NCBI GenBank assembly: GCA_951406725.2
Contig: OX597823.1
Location: 115,196,001 to 115,260,000, forward strand
Length of the DNA: 64,000 bases
From: Octopus vulgaris
Lineage: Eukaryota
Reading direction: 5' to 3'
This document shows, in pieces, positions 13,136 to 25,491 of the stretch. The number at the start of each line of letters is the position of its first letter. The stretch's first letter is position 1. The notes beneath the pieces are model-generated. The model ran no database searches. It had not been told where the DNA came from and saw only the letters and a list, made by a program, of their open reading frames with translations. A program made the translations under genes and the position numbers.

Positions 13136-13385
13136 CGTACACGGTCTCGCCGTCACCTCAGTGCGCACGTACCGGCTCTCCACGTGATGGTCGGTCGTCG
13201 CACTGCGGCGCGCAGCAGGTGTTCAGCCGGCGAAACTCCACGCTCGAAACGTCATTTCCATCTAAAACTTTCGCTGACCGTTAATCTAATATACTCACCG
13301 TGTACATCCATTGGACTTTTGTTGTTTTTATTTTGTTCTTTTTGTGTGTTTTGTTACTTTTTTTGTTTTGTTCATAGAGTTGTCT
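13136..13385 (+). mobile_element. Degenerate hammerhead-type (Penelope pLTR-like) element
   Basis: CCGGCGA..GCTCGAAACGTC followed by a T-rich tail and (TA)n. Same layout as 31494-31705, but the core is degraded. Confidence 0.4.
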
Positions 13386-13402
13386 ATATATACATGTGTA
13401 TG

Positions 13403-13453
<51 letters not shown>

Positions 13454-13456
<3 letters not shown>

Positions 13457-13659
13457 CGGTGCTCCAGCATGGCCGCATTCAAATGACTGAAACAAGTAAA
13501 AGAGCAAAGAGCAAAGAGTATATACTCTTTTACTCTTTTACTTGTTTCAGTCATTTGACTGCGGCCATGCTGGAGCACCGCCTTTAATCGAGCAATCGAC
13601 CCCGGGACTTATTCTTTGTAAGCCCAGTACTTATTCTATCGGTCTCTTTTGCCGAACCG

Positions 13660-13660
<1 letters not shown>
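13454..13660. mobile_element. Two SINE family A 3' fragments, tail-to-tail, within (TA)n
   Basis: Plus-strand tail at 13454-13520 and minus-strand 3' portion at 13524-13660. Confidence 0.8.
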
Positions 13661-13719
<59 letters not shown>

Positions 13720-13722
<3 letters not shown>

Positions 13723-14027
13723 AGTAATACTTTATAATTAGGGTTCAGCAAAGATTTGCTTCACCACATACCGAAGTTTAGAAATAGCAGTCAAAGAACC
13801 TTAGCTATTCCTTCTAATTTAAAAGGGACTCCATGGGTAACCAAATATGGATTGATTTTCGTTATTTTTCCTCTTTGCCTGCGTGGATTGTTTTCAAGTA
13901 CTTTGGTTTTTCTGGAAGTCCCTTTTAAAGTAGAAGGAATAGCTAAGATTTTTTGACTGCTAATTCTAAACTTGGGTATGTGGTGAAGCAAATCTTTGCT
14001 GAACCCTAATTATGAAGTATTACTTAA
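13720..14027. mobile_element. Foldback/MITE-like element with ~115-bp inverted arms
   Basis: 13720-13833 is the near-perfect reverse complement of 13912-14027 (also seen as mirror-image ORFs in the track). Confidence 0.8.
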
Positions 14028-14124
14028 GCTTACCATGAAATGGTCTTTTTCATGCCGAATTCTACTTGGTGAAATTACTGATTACTTCTTAATTAATTAA
14101 TTTGACTCTTTGTTATTATATATA

Positions 14125-14242
<118 letters not shown>

Positions 14243-14311
14243 AGAAATTCCAACTCTGCCTATTTTCATGTTTTATTTATATTCTTTATAATATTAATGT
14301 AGAATATAAAA

Positions 14312-14497
14312 TCGGCCTTTTGGCTAAGATCAATGTGTAGTATCTGTTCTTATCAGCTTAGTATCTGATACTGTCCCTATTTGGGACCATCGATATTAAA
14401 CTGATTTTTAGAACGAGGCGAAGAGTTAGGGGCTTGCTCCACCTTTGCCACGAGTTGGCCTGGTATAGCAGTACTTCCAGGATTCAGCCCACCTCCC
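14312..14497 (+). pseudogene. U2: U2 snRNA retrocopy (lacks first ~8 nt)
   Basis: TCGGCCTTTTGGCTAAGATCA..GTGTAGTATCTGTTCTTATCAG matches U2. It has the branch-site recognition GTAGTA (14337-14342), an Sm-like site ATTTTTAG (~14404) and stem-loop IV CCTGGTATAGCAGTACTTCCAGG. The 5' end abuts MITE sequence, so the native promoter is absent. Confidence 0.93.
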
Positions 14498-14568
14498 ACT
14501 AGAAACAGCGGTGGTGCCCCAGCATGGCCGCGGCCTTCGGGCTAAAACATTTTTAAGGATTTAAGGAT
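14498..14568 (+). mobile_element. Retroposon 3' tail fused to U2
   Basis: GGTGGTGCCCCAGCATGGCCGCGGCCTTCGGGCTAAAAC plus (TTTAAGGA)2. Homologous to the tail of SINE family A and to 7818-7875. Confidence 0.8.
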
Positions 14569-14879
14569 AGTAAAATGAAATGAAGTATTGATTGTCTTAT
14601 TGAGTAGATGAAATGTTGAATATCAAATATTAAGGGACTAGTATACTTTCTTGCATTAAAGCAGTCTTCAAGGTCCCAAGTTGTGACAGGAGTGTTTCAT
14701 TTTACTATATATATATTATTTATACTATATATTCTATATTCTACATTAATATTATAAAGAATATAGATATAACATAAAAAACAGACAGAGTTGGAATTCC
14801 TTTGAAAAATATATATCCCTCTATACACAATCATACAAACCCCTTTATATATATATATGTGTGTGTGTGTGAGTGTGTG

Positions 14880-14933
<54 letters not shown>

Positions 14934-14934
<1 letters not shown>

Positions 14935-15122
14935 TGACCGCTAGCTCCAAAAGTTGTTTTTTTTTTAATTCTCTCTCTTTATTTCCTCGTGTTCCGTTCT
15001 GTTGAAGATCGTAGGCTCGAAACGTAAAAGACCTTCTCACCTTTCCGTGCGTTAAACAAATACCCCCGTTTGTTGTTTATACACCTGTCTTCGTCTTTTG
15101 CTTATCTGTAAATTTCAACAAT
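14934..15122 (+). mobile_element. Hammerhead-bearing short element, subfamily 2 (diverged)
   Basis: CTGTTGA-A-GATC-GTAG-GCTC-GAAACGTA-AAAGA at ~14999-15031. Homologous to the reverse complement of 25491-25692. Confidence 0.65.
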
Positions 15123-15328
15123 GTATATATATAAATATACATATACATGCATGTATGTATATATTGAAAGTGATCTACTATTGACTAGTTTCCTATCTTC
15201 TTAGGCCAGCATCACAGAAAAATCCTGTGAACAGAAGAGGGGTTTCTTTGTACGTTTGATCAGTGTTGCAGAAGGCTTGACAAAAGTCATGACGATCCCG
15301 ATTTTTTTTTTCTGTCCACAGAAATATT

Positions 15329-15715
15329 AAAGGCGGCGAACTTGCAAAAACGTTTGCACGCCGGGCGAAATGCGTAGCCGTATTTCGTCTGCCGTTACGT
15401 TCTGAGTTCAAATGCCGCCGAGGTCGACTTTGCCTTTCATCCTTTCGGGGTCGATTAAATAAGTACCAGCTACGCACTGGGGTCGATATAATCGACTTAA
15501 TCCGTTTGTCTGTCCTTGTTTGTCCCTTCTATGTTTAGCCCCTTGTGGATAGTAAAGAAATAGGTCTTTCGTCTGTCTTTAAGTTCTGAGTTCAAATTCC
15601 TCCGAGGTCGACTTTGCCTTTCATTCTTTCGAGGTCGATAAATTAAGTAGCAGTTATGCACTGGAGTCGATGGTCCCCTCTATGTTTATTCCCTTGTAGG
15701 CAATAAAGAAATAAG
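15329..15715 (+). mobile_element. SINE family B, dimeric body
   Basis: Family B head and body plus a second partial unit. AGAAATAT on both flanks. Confidence 0.85.
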
Positions 15716-17100
15716 AAATATCAAAGCCAGCTATAGGTTTGATCGCACGATCTTATGTATACCAATGTTGCGGAATACCTAGATTTACCGATTGCGATAT
15801 AGATCAAACACCACACACTGGTGTACTCGGAGTAGGAAGACAGATTTCCAGAAGATGACGATGGCGACGATGGCGACGATGATGATGAAAGATATAACGA
15901 TGAGGGGGAGGGGGGTTATGGTGGCAGTGATCATGATGACGATGACAGAGGCAAGAGGTAAGAAACCTGAAGTAAAGGCGGTAGAAGATGGAAGATGTTG
16001 TACAGTAAATGATATCTGACTTCCGGCTGTTTATATTGTTGGTATTTGGTTAGATTAAGTCTGTTAATCACTTCTCTCAGTGACAATTAATTGATAATCA
16101 CTTGATACGATTAACATGGTCAATGTATTTATTTATAAGTGGGAGGGTTGTGTGTGGGGGGGTACGGGCGGTGGCAGCAGCAGAGGTGATGGCAGAGGGA
16201 GTGATAGTGGTGGTGGTGGTGGTGGTGGTGTCTCTGCTAGATTGAATTGTTGATGTGGTGTGAGAAGTGAGTAATGGTGTGAAATGTGGATTATCTAAAG
16301 TATTTCATACACACACACACACACACACACAGAGATAGGTACACACATACATACACTGACACATACACACATACACACATGCATACTTGCACTCGTACAC
16401 GCACACATTGGTACAACTTCAGGTACACATACACTTACATATACACAGTTTCACACTCTCACACATACACACTCACTATATATGATTGTGTGTGTGTGTG
16501 TGTGTGTGTGTCTGAGCATGTAAGCTTATTTTTTAGTGTGTACGTGTATGAGAATGCATATGTATGCAAACAATTTATGTGTGTATGAGTGTGAACGTTC
16601 TGTAGGTTTGTGCCCATTGCCTGCTCTGACCCTTCCATTCCTGGAGAGAGGGACAATGCGCATAGCCTTCACATACACACCCTATCACCCCTCTTGGAGG
16701 AATAGCCAATGCCCACGGCCTTCACAAACCCACCACCAACAATCCTGGAGGAAGGAGTAGTGCCGCTGGCTCTTGCAGAGTCTCCGCATTCTGAAGAAAA
16801 GGTTTACTGCCAACGCCTTCACAGACACTTTCCAGTTTACGAAGAAGGACCAACACACATTGCTCGTGGTTTTCATAGATTCTCTAAGTACTGGGGGAGG
16901 GGGCAATACCTGTTACTCGTTGTCAATGGCCCGTTGACCGTTGCCCGTGGCCTTCACTGACGTTTCTAGGTCAGTGAGATCGATTCAGTTGATGTATCTT
17001 TTAAACATTCACAAACCAATGGCTTTATAAAAGGCAAACCGTGGGTAAGAATTGAGTTCCAGTGGTGATATCATATACAGGTTTGTATATGATATCACAT

Positions 17101-17347
17101 AGGGCCGGTTTCCCGGTTTCCCTGGCGTATAGGTTCCTCACCTGGACGAGACGCCGGTCCGTCCCACGTGAGCTGCATGATACAGGAGGAAAGAGTGAGA
17201 GAAAGTTGTGGCGAAAGAGTCAGCAGAAGTTCGCCATTGCCTTCCGCCGGAGCCGCGTGGAGATTAGGTGTTTCGCTCATAAACACACACATCGCCCGGC
17301 CTGAGATTCGAACCCACTGCTGTAACCACTAGGCCATGTGCCTCCAC
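17101..17347 (-). mobile_element. SINE family C, tail type 2
   Basis: tRNA-like head on the minus strand. Flanking direct repeat ATATCACATAGGG. Confidence 0.85.
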
Positions 17348-18078
17348 ATATCACATAGGGATGTGGAAACCCAGTTGTAATGGTTAGTGTGTTCGTGAGA
17401 TGGAGAACACCATGTAGTTAATGAGAACATGTGAGCCTGTCTTCAGTGCCTAACTTCAAATAACAGGGAGCCAACTATGCCCAATGGATAGAGCCTTTCG
17501 TAGTGATGATACCAAAGGCAGAGAGAAATGGCATCATGTCTACAGAGCTGAGTTTGGACTGTGTTATTGAATAACATGAATGAATCAGTTGGCAGCCTTT
17601 CATTTATGCGCATATGTGCACGTTGCTTGTGTTGTTATTCTTGTTGTTGTTATGGTTCTTTTGCACTAGGTCACCCCTAATGAGTCAAATCTATACTCAA
17701 AGACATTCCACGCAAAAGCCCTCACGTCCTATTTGTCAGATATCGTATATCTTGGACAATATTATCCCACGTAAAAGCACATTATCCAATGCGTTTTTAC
17801 AATGTGCAATATGTTGTGTGAGAAGAATTTGGCTGCTATTTCTATCTAGGTATAACTATCAAACTTAATAATACATGATTTTATAGTTAAGCAGTTCGTT
17901 TTGCAGTTTTACTGCCTGGAACTCCCATAGTTTCGAGCTGTTCAATATCTTGTATGTGAAATTTGGCTGCCAGAAGCTGTTCAGTATCCCGTTTGATGGG
18001 TCACCACTTAATCCGAGACACTTGTTTGCATTACCTCCTGGTCATATTCTATTTCACTGACGTGTGAAATGTCTGCCA

Positions 18079-18240
18079 TAGGCGCAATGGCTGTGTGGTA
18101 AGAAGCATGCTCTCCAACCACATGGTTCTGGGTTCAGTCCCACTGTGTGACACCTTGAGGAAGTGTCTTCTACTTGAGTTTCGGGCCAACCAAAACCTTG
18201 TGAGTGAATTTGGTAAGATGGAAACAGAAAGAAACCCATC

Positions 18241-18317
<77 letters not shown>

Positions 18318-18470
18318 TGTGTGTGCGTGCGTATTTATGTGTGTGTCTTTGTGTCTGTTTGTACCCCCTCCATCATCGCTTGCAAACCGATGTTGATGTG
18401 TTTACGTCACCGTAACTTAGCGGTCCGGTTAAAGATACCCATAGAATAAGTACTAGGCTTACAAAGAATA
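18079..18470 (+). mobile_element. SINE family A, 3'-truncated
   Basis: GGCGCAATGGCTGTGTGGTAAG head, core and (TG)n. Confidence 0.85.
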
Positions 18471-18584
18471 CGTCTGCGCTGTGGGATTGAACCCAAGCCT
18501 AGATTCTTGGAAAGCAAAGCTTCTCCACCACACAGCCACACTTGCGTCCATATTATGGATTTTAATAACAAAATAATTCAAATT

Positions 18585-18790
18585 TTTGGCACAGGGCCAA
18601 CAATTTTAATGGGAATCGATTACATCAACCCAGTGCTGAGATGAAACTTATTTTATCGACCCTGAAAAGATGAAAGGTGATGTCGACCTCGGGCTCATTA
18701 GAACTTTTTAAAAAAAGCGATACAGGCAGATGAAATGCTGCTAAACTGTCCGTCAGACGTACATAGGATCCAGTCAGCTCGCGGCCTTTT
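18585..18790 (-). mobile_element. SINE family B, old diverged copy
   Basis: TTATCGACCCTGAAAAGATGAAAGG..GTCGACCTCG matches the family B body. Confidence 0.65.
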
Positions 18791-19496
18791 AAATTTATGA
18801 AATAATAATAAAGAATAATTGAAAAGAATTGTGTCTGCCTTTCCACAGCTACACTGAGGTGGCCAACGAGTATTTGATTTTATTGGAATCTCTAAGATTG
18901 TCATTTTTTTTCTTTGCCTGAAAGTTGCAAGTTTTCAATATTACCAATTACAAACTATGTATGAAACATGATGGCCTGATGCAGAAATTGATCAAACGTG
19001 TAAACGCAATTTCAAAATCTGGCAAGAGGGGCTGCGATTTCAAAAGCGGTTGTCCCTATAAATAGTCTTTTATTTACTGATTTTGAAAGAAATGTTCGCA
19101 TCCGTTGAGTGACTTGGCCTCTGCAACCGTGAGGCATTTTTCCTTTCTTATTCCAAACAACTATAACAGACCTGCTGCCGCTTCTGCCGCCGCCGCTACT
19201 GTTGATGATGATGATGATGATGCAACCGCCGTCCCTACCGCCATCGCCGCCATCTCTAACGCTGTCGCCATTGTCCCTGCTGCTTATGTGGGGATGGTGG
19301 TAGTTGTTGTAGTTGCTGGTGTTGTTGTTGTTTAACAGCAGAACCAGCGAGCATAGAGCGGCTTAAAAGGCTTTCTTTCGGCTGAGTGAATATCCTTCTC
19401 GTTTGAGAATCACTGGGAACATTGTTGAAGGTGTTACACAGTGATTTACCAACTTCCCGTCATACAGAGAGAGGAGAAACACACAGACAGACAGAC

Positions 19497-19551
<55 letters not shown>

Positions 19552-20518
19552 TGGAGTTGATAAAAGAGTGATGTGTAAAAGAGTGGTGGGGTCGTTTACC
19601 GAAACCAGTGACACTCTGCAATCAAGTACCATTGGTCTTCCATAAGTGGTATCAATGCGTGCACTAAAAGCGTGACTTGGCTCTCCATCAGCTGACCTTG
19701 TTCAAGCCCAATGTCTGATGGACAGACTTTCGTGAAGCCAACTGCAAGTCTGTTGTTGCTTCAATATGCTTTCCTAAACCCGAGCATGCGGACTGGACAG
19801 AGGTACGGATCCGAGTTCGAGGCCCGTTGACGTGTAACTTCGCGTAAGCTCGTAGTAAAGAAATAGGTGATATGTTAAGGATCTGGTTGAACTTTTGCCA
19901 CACTGGGATACCGTACTTGAAACCCATGTCAGCAAGTTCAAAGAATGCTAGTGAAAAGGAGGAAGGCTACAGGCATATTATTTGTCATCTGAAACGCAAA
20001 ATGAATTTATTTCGCTTTGCTCTGATCTCGTTTTGAAACACATAGTCTTTGAAAGATCAAAGACAAAATATTATTCAATAATGGCTGATGTAATAACTGA
20101 TTCCATACATATTGAACAGACAACATTTATCATACGTTTCCGCTAAAATATAGATTGTGTGTTTAAGAATCAAGAAAGATGTTTATCTTCTGAAGACTTT
20201 GTGAGAAAACATGTTCTGAGATTGCAAACATGATAAAAGAAACAATGAATAAAATTGGCATTTTCTTTTAAAGATGAAAAAACATAGAATCATTCTATGA
20301 TATCTTGTAATAAATATATAATTAAAATTATACTGCAGTTTTTAAATAATTATTGGATGGGCGATTCTAAAGTAGTCTTGTTCTATCGATAGCCCTGGCC
20401 TGTAATAGGTAATGCATATCCTTGTACTTGCATTTCAATTACACACAGTAACAAAATATAACACACTCACCATCGGGCACACACACATGCATTCACGAAC
20501 CTTATATAGGAAGCCATT

Positions 20519-21483
20519 AAGGCGGCGAGCTGGCAGAAACGTTAGCGCGCCGGGCGTAATGCTTAGCGGTATTTCGTCTGTCGTTACGTTCTGAGTTCAA
20601 ATTCCGCCGAGGTCGACTTTGCCATCCTTTCGGGGTCGATTAAATAAAGTACCAGTTTCGCACTGGGGTCGATGTAATCGATTTAATCCCTTTGTCTGTC
20701 CTTGTTTGTCCCCTCTATGTTTAGCCCCTTGTAAGTATTAAAGAAATAAGTATTTCGTCTGTCGTTACGTTCTGAGTTCAAATTCCGCCGAGGTCGACTT
20801 TGCCATCCTTTCGGGGTCGATTAAATAAAGTACCAGTTTCGCACTGGGGTCGATGTAATCGATTTAATCCCTTTGTCTGTCCTTGTTTGTCCCCTCTATG
20901 TTTAGCCCCTTGTAAGTATTAAAGAAATAAGTATTTCGTCTGTCGTTACGTTCTGAGTTCAAATTCCGCCGAGGTCGACTTTGCCTTTCATCCTTTCGGG
21001 GTCGATTAAATAAAGTACCAGTTTCGCACTGGGGTCGATGTAATCAATTTAATCCCTTTGTCTGTCCTTGTTTGTCCCCTCTATGTTTAGCCCCTTGTAA
21101 GTATTAAAGAAATAAGTATTTCGTCTGTCGTTACGTTCTGAGTTCAAATTCCGCCGAGGTCGACTTTGCCTTTCATCCTTTCGGGGTCGATTAAATAAAG
21201 TACCAGTTTCGCACTGGGGTCGATGTAATCGATTTAATCCCTTTGTCTGTCCTTGTTTGTCCCCTCTATGTTTAGCCCCTTGTAAGTATTAAAGAAATAA
21301 GTATTTCGTCTGTCGTTACGTTCTGAGTTCAAATTCCGCCGAGGTCGACTTTGCCTTTCATCCTTTCGGGGTCGATTAAATAAAGTACCAGTTTCGCACT
21401 GGGGTCGATGTAATCGATTTAATCCCTTTGTCTGTCCTTGTTTGTCCCCTCTATGTTTAGCCCCTTGTGGGTAATAAAGAAAT
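20519..21483 (+). mobile_element. SINE family B with five tandem body units (181-185 bp)
   Basis: Units restart at 20751, 20932, 21117 and 21302. One head only. TATATAGGAAG on both flanks. Confidence 0.92.
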
Positions 21484-21554
21484 ATATATAGGAAGTCTTT
21501 ATTAAGAAAGCAAAATATCATTACAAATGTAGACATTATATATATCTTTTATTT

Positions 21555-21930
21555 TTTATTTATTTCAGTCACTAGAGAGCGGCCATGCTAGGGCACCACC
21601 TTGAAGGACTTTAGACAAACGAATCGAATCCAATACTTTTTTTTTTTACTTATTCTATCGGTTTCTTTGGCTGAACCGCTACGTTATAGGGAGGCAAACG
21701 CATCAACACCGGTTATCAAGCCATGGTGGGGAGAACAAACACTGACAAGAAGTCACACTCACATGGATATATATATATATATATACTATAGGCTTCTTTC
21801 AGTTTCCTCCTACCAGTTGGCCCGAGGCTATAATAGAAGACACTTGCCCAAGGTGCCACACAGTGGGACTGAACCCGGAAGCATGGTGGTTGCGAAGCAT
21901 ACTTCTTACCATACAGCCACGCCTGTACCT
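21555..21930 (-). mobile_element. SINE family A, diverged
   Basis: Homology to family A head, core and tail. Confidence 0.8.
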
Positions 21931-22006
21931 ATATAATCTTTATATATTATATTTATTTAAATATATATTATATTATATTTAAATATTATATTTATTATAT
22001 CATTGA

Positions 22007-22363
22007 TTAGCAGTATCGCCCGGCGTTGCTCGGGTTTGTTTCGACCCTTTAGAATTAGAATTTTTGAAAAGTAAAAATTTTGCATTATGTAGCTTGTTAT
22101 TCTCTTTAAGTGAACATATTTCTGGTTGAAATTCACCGAAAAATGGCGACACAGCAGCCAAAAAATTTGTTAAAAATAGGGAATTTCATAGAAAAAAAAA
22201 CACATTTTTGATGTAAATAATTTTTGGTGTTAACATGGTCCGATTTAATTTTTTTTCTTTTTCGGAAGGAAGAGCAAGCCTTCTTCTATCATACTCTCAA
22301 TTTTGGTCAACTTGCTACCAGACCTGCCATATACAGACAACTTCAGCTTTATATAGAGAGAGA
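22007..22363 (-). mobile_element. Non-autonomous Helitron, copy 2
   Basis: Hairpin CCCGGCGTTGCTCGGG next to a CTAA terminus. Internal deletion of ~35 bp relative to the other copies. Confidence 0.75.
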
Positions 22364-22371
22364 TTATAATA

Positions 22372-22564
<193 letters not shown>

Positions 22565-23164
22565 TAAAACATACATACATACATACATACATACATACGT
22601 ACATACATACATACGTACACACACACACATATATATGATTATAACACATATATAAACACACATGCACGCGCGCGCACGCACATTCGTTGATCGAATACGA
22701 TTTTTCGTAACTCCAATACTGGCGGAGCAGCATATACATGGACACTAAACTAGTTTAAGCAAACAAAACACAACCACACAAACAATGCACGAAAATATAT
22801 TAATGTTGTATAAATTAGCGACTTCAAAGATATTTACAATTTGATTATTGATATCTCCAAACAGAATAAAACGTTTAAATGAAAATAAATAATTGAAATA
22901 AGTAAATTATGAATTATTTGCCTATAAAAATTAATAAGCTCCAATTTTATATAAACTTTGGTTCAGAACCACTGATCGGAAAAATTTTTATCGGGTAAAA
23001 TATTTACAGTTTAGAAAATTAGTAGAAGATGGATGCGGTCTATTCTGCACCCAGGTGCAAGGAAAATAGTCGAGAACAAAACCTAGATTAAGATCAGGGG
23101 TTTGTTGATTTGACAAAGGCCTGTGACACGGTGAATAAGCATGCAATATGGTAGGTCTTGCGTA

Positions 23165-23250
23165 AGCCGACTAAAGCCTTCTGAGTGGATTTGGTAGACG
23201 GAAACTGAAAGAAGCCCGTCGTATGTGTGTGTGTGTTTGTGTGTATCTGT

Positions 23251-23311
<61 letters not shown>

Positions 23312-23500
23312 TCTCCCACCATCACTTAACAACCGATGTTGTTGTGTTTAGGTCCCTGTAACTTAGCGGTTCGGCAACAGATATCGATAGAATAAGTACT
23401 AGGCTTACAAAGAATAAGTTCTGGTGTCGATTTGTTCGACTAAAGGCGGTGCTCCAGCATGGCCACAGTCAAATGACTGAAATAAGTAAAATAATGAAAG
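23165..23500 (+). mobile_element. SINE family A, 5'-truncated
   Basis: Core-to-tail homology with family A. Confidence 0.85.
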
Positions 23501-23514
23501 ACTAGAAGGATATA

Positions 23515-24530
23515 TAGGGCGCGGTGAATAAACTGTCGTCTAAATTATGCAAAAATGAGAATAACACTGACATCTCATTTTAACAGATCTATTTACCAAA
23601 ATTACATAAAAATATCTTAAAATACTAAAGAGTAAATTTATTCAATAAAGTCAACCACAGCCTCCAGACGACTAGAATCTTCTGCGACTCTTCTGGATGG
23701 TCTCCTTGTCTAAGTTGGTGAATGCTGCCATAATCCTTGCCTTCAGTTCATTTTTGGAGTTACAAGGAGTTTTGGTTGTCTCTCGATCAACTGCGCCTCA
23801 CACATAATCAAGAGGGTTGCAGTCTGGGGAGATTTGTGGCCAGATGTTCCGGGTAGTGTGGTTGCAGAAATTGTCTGACAGCCATGACTGGGTTCTCCTG
23901 CTTGTGTGACATGGTGCAGAGTCTTTACCCAGGGCAGCACTTGATGTAGGCCTCCGTGTTGAGTCTCAGGTCGTGTAGAAAGATGAATGGAAGCACAACG
24001 TTGCCATCACTAGTGATCACTCCAAACCGTATCAGAACAATTACCCCCCGAGGACAATTACTTCCCATAAGACAATTCCCCTCGACGACAACTACTCTCT
24101 AGAATCCCCCTCCCTTTGGCTAATTACCTTCTCTCTAATAAATTAAGAAATTTTAGATCATCTATTGTCTTCAGGGTTAATTGTCCTTGGTGGTTATTGT
24201 CCGTGGTGGTGGTGGGGGGGGTTAGCTGTCTTAGACTCCTCTAAACTAGATGCTTGATTTTTATCACTCAGGGTACCTGTCCTCAGAGTGCACTCTTCTC
24301 AGATTGACACCCATACATTCTGAAATATTCGTATCGGAGCTTCCGACACGAATGCCAAGCAACACAGAACATCGTTTCCAAATTTCTAGCAGAATGAATT
24401 GCGTCTTGGTGCTGTTTTTCTCACAGACGGTGCCCAAGTGACCCTACTATACAGTGTAGTCTACAAAATCAAAAACAAACAATGCGCATGCGCAAAATTA
24501 AAAATGTAAAATGGCGACAATTTACCCATC
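23515..24530 (-). mobile_element. Decayed Tc1/mariner element, DD37D (maT) type
   Basis: Minus strand translates to FGVITSDGNVVLPFIF..RLNTEAYIKC and D-SAPCHTSRRTQSWLSDNFCNHTTRNIWPQISPDCNPL-D (37 residues between the aspartates). Degenerate TIRs TAAACTGTCG / CGACAATTTA. Confidence 0.8.
24028..24238. mobile_element. Small MITE with GACAATT subrepeats, nested in the maT fossil
   Basis: ACAATTACCCC-type repeats on the left and inverse AATTGTCC on the right. Imperfect 8-bp TSD CTCCAAAC/CTCTAAAC. Confidence 0.55.
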
Positions 24531-25407
24531 AACAACTGAGGGGGAGTTAAACTTCTTTTGGTATTTTGTCCCATATTTTTCTTTCGTTGTGTGTTTACGT
24601 ATTTTTCGCTCGTTGGAGATGCCCTGTACATAATATGTGTTTGTTTTCATTTTTCTGTAATAATTGAACGCCACGCAGCCTTTGTCAACAGTAAGTTTTA
24701 CATTTATAAGTAACTTCTGCGACTTTGTTCTCTGCCTATTTTCTTTCTCTCTCCCTATCCCTCTATAATCTTCTATATTTCTTTACTCTCCTTTTTTCTT
24801 TGCTGTCCTTCGTCTGTCTTTCTTTCACTCTCTATCTTTCTTCCCTTCTCCCCACACCCTTTATTTCTTTCCTTCATCCTCTCCTTTGTCCCCCATCCCC
24901 TTTGCCTGTTGCTCACATGATTTCAGGCCATGTTTCTCGTCTCTCTCTCTCTCTCTCTCTGGCTTTTCTGGATGTGACGTCCAGCTAGCCAGACGTCATT
25001 TCTCTCGCCTCTCTATATCTTTCTTTTCTATCTATTGTATATCCTTTAAAAATTTCTCCCAGGCGCTACCCATTACAATTCGTTTTGGCCTAATGACCCT
25101 AAACGTCTGTCTTCGTCGATCGTTTCCATACGTCCACTCAGGTGTCGTTTATTCGTTCTAAGCCTTAACTCTCTACAAATTTTACATTTTAAAAATTTCT
25201 TGATGCTGATGTCTTATCAAGATTTCCTGTCTTGTCGTTAAAAGCACAAAACAGGTAGTAATAAACAGTCAACAACTGAGAATGAGTTAAACTTTTTTTG
25301 GTACTTTGTCCCGTACTTGTCTGCCGCAGTGTGTTTACATATTTTTCGCTCGTTGCTGATGGCCTGTTCTTAACATGTTATTTTTTCATTTTTATTTAAT
25401 AATTGAA

Positions 25408-25410
<3 letters not shown>
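24530..25410. repeat. Element bounded by ~140-bp diverged direct repeats
   Basis: 24530-24670 and 25271-25410 align (AACAACTGAG..GAGTTAAAC..TTTTTCGCTCGTTG..TAATAATTGAAC). Confidence 0.7.

Positions 25411-25490
<80 letters not shown>

Positions 25491-25491
<1 letters not shown>

Noticed and set aside
14312-14497. Functional U2 snRNA gene
   Set aside because: The first ~8 nt are missing, the upstream sequence is a MITE arm and (TA)n rather than a promoter, and the 3' end is fused to a retroposon tail.
16585-16980. GC-richer block with overlapping short ORFs
   Set aside because: No recognisable motif or convincing splice signals. Possibly an old LINE remnant, but this cannot be supported.
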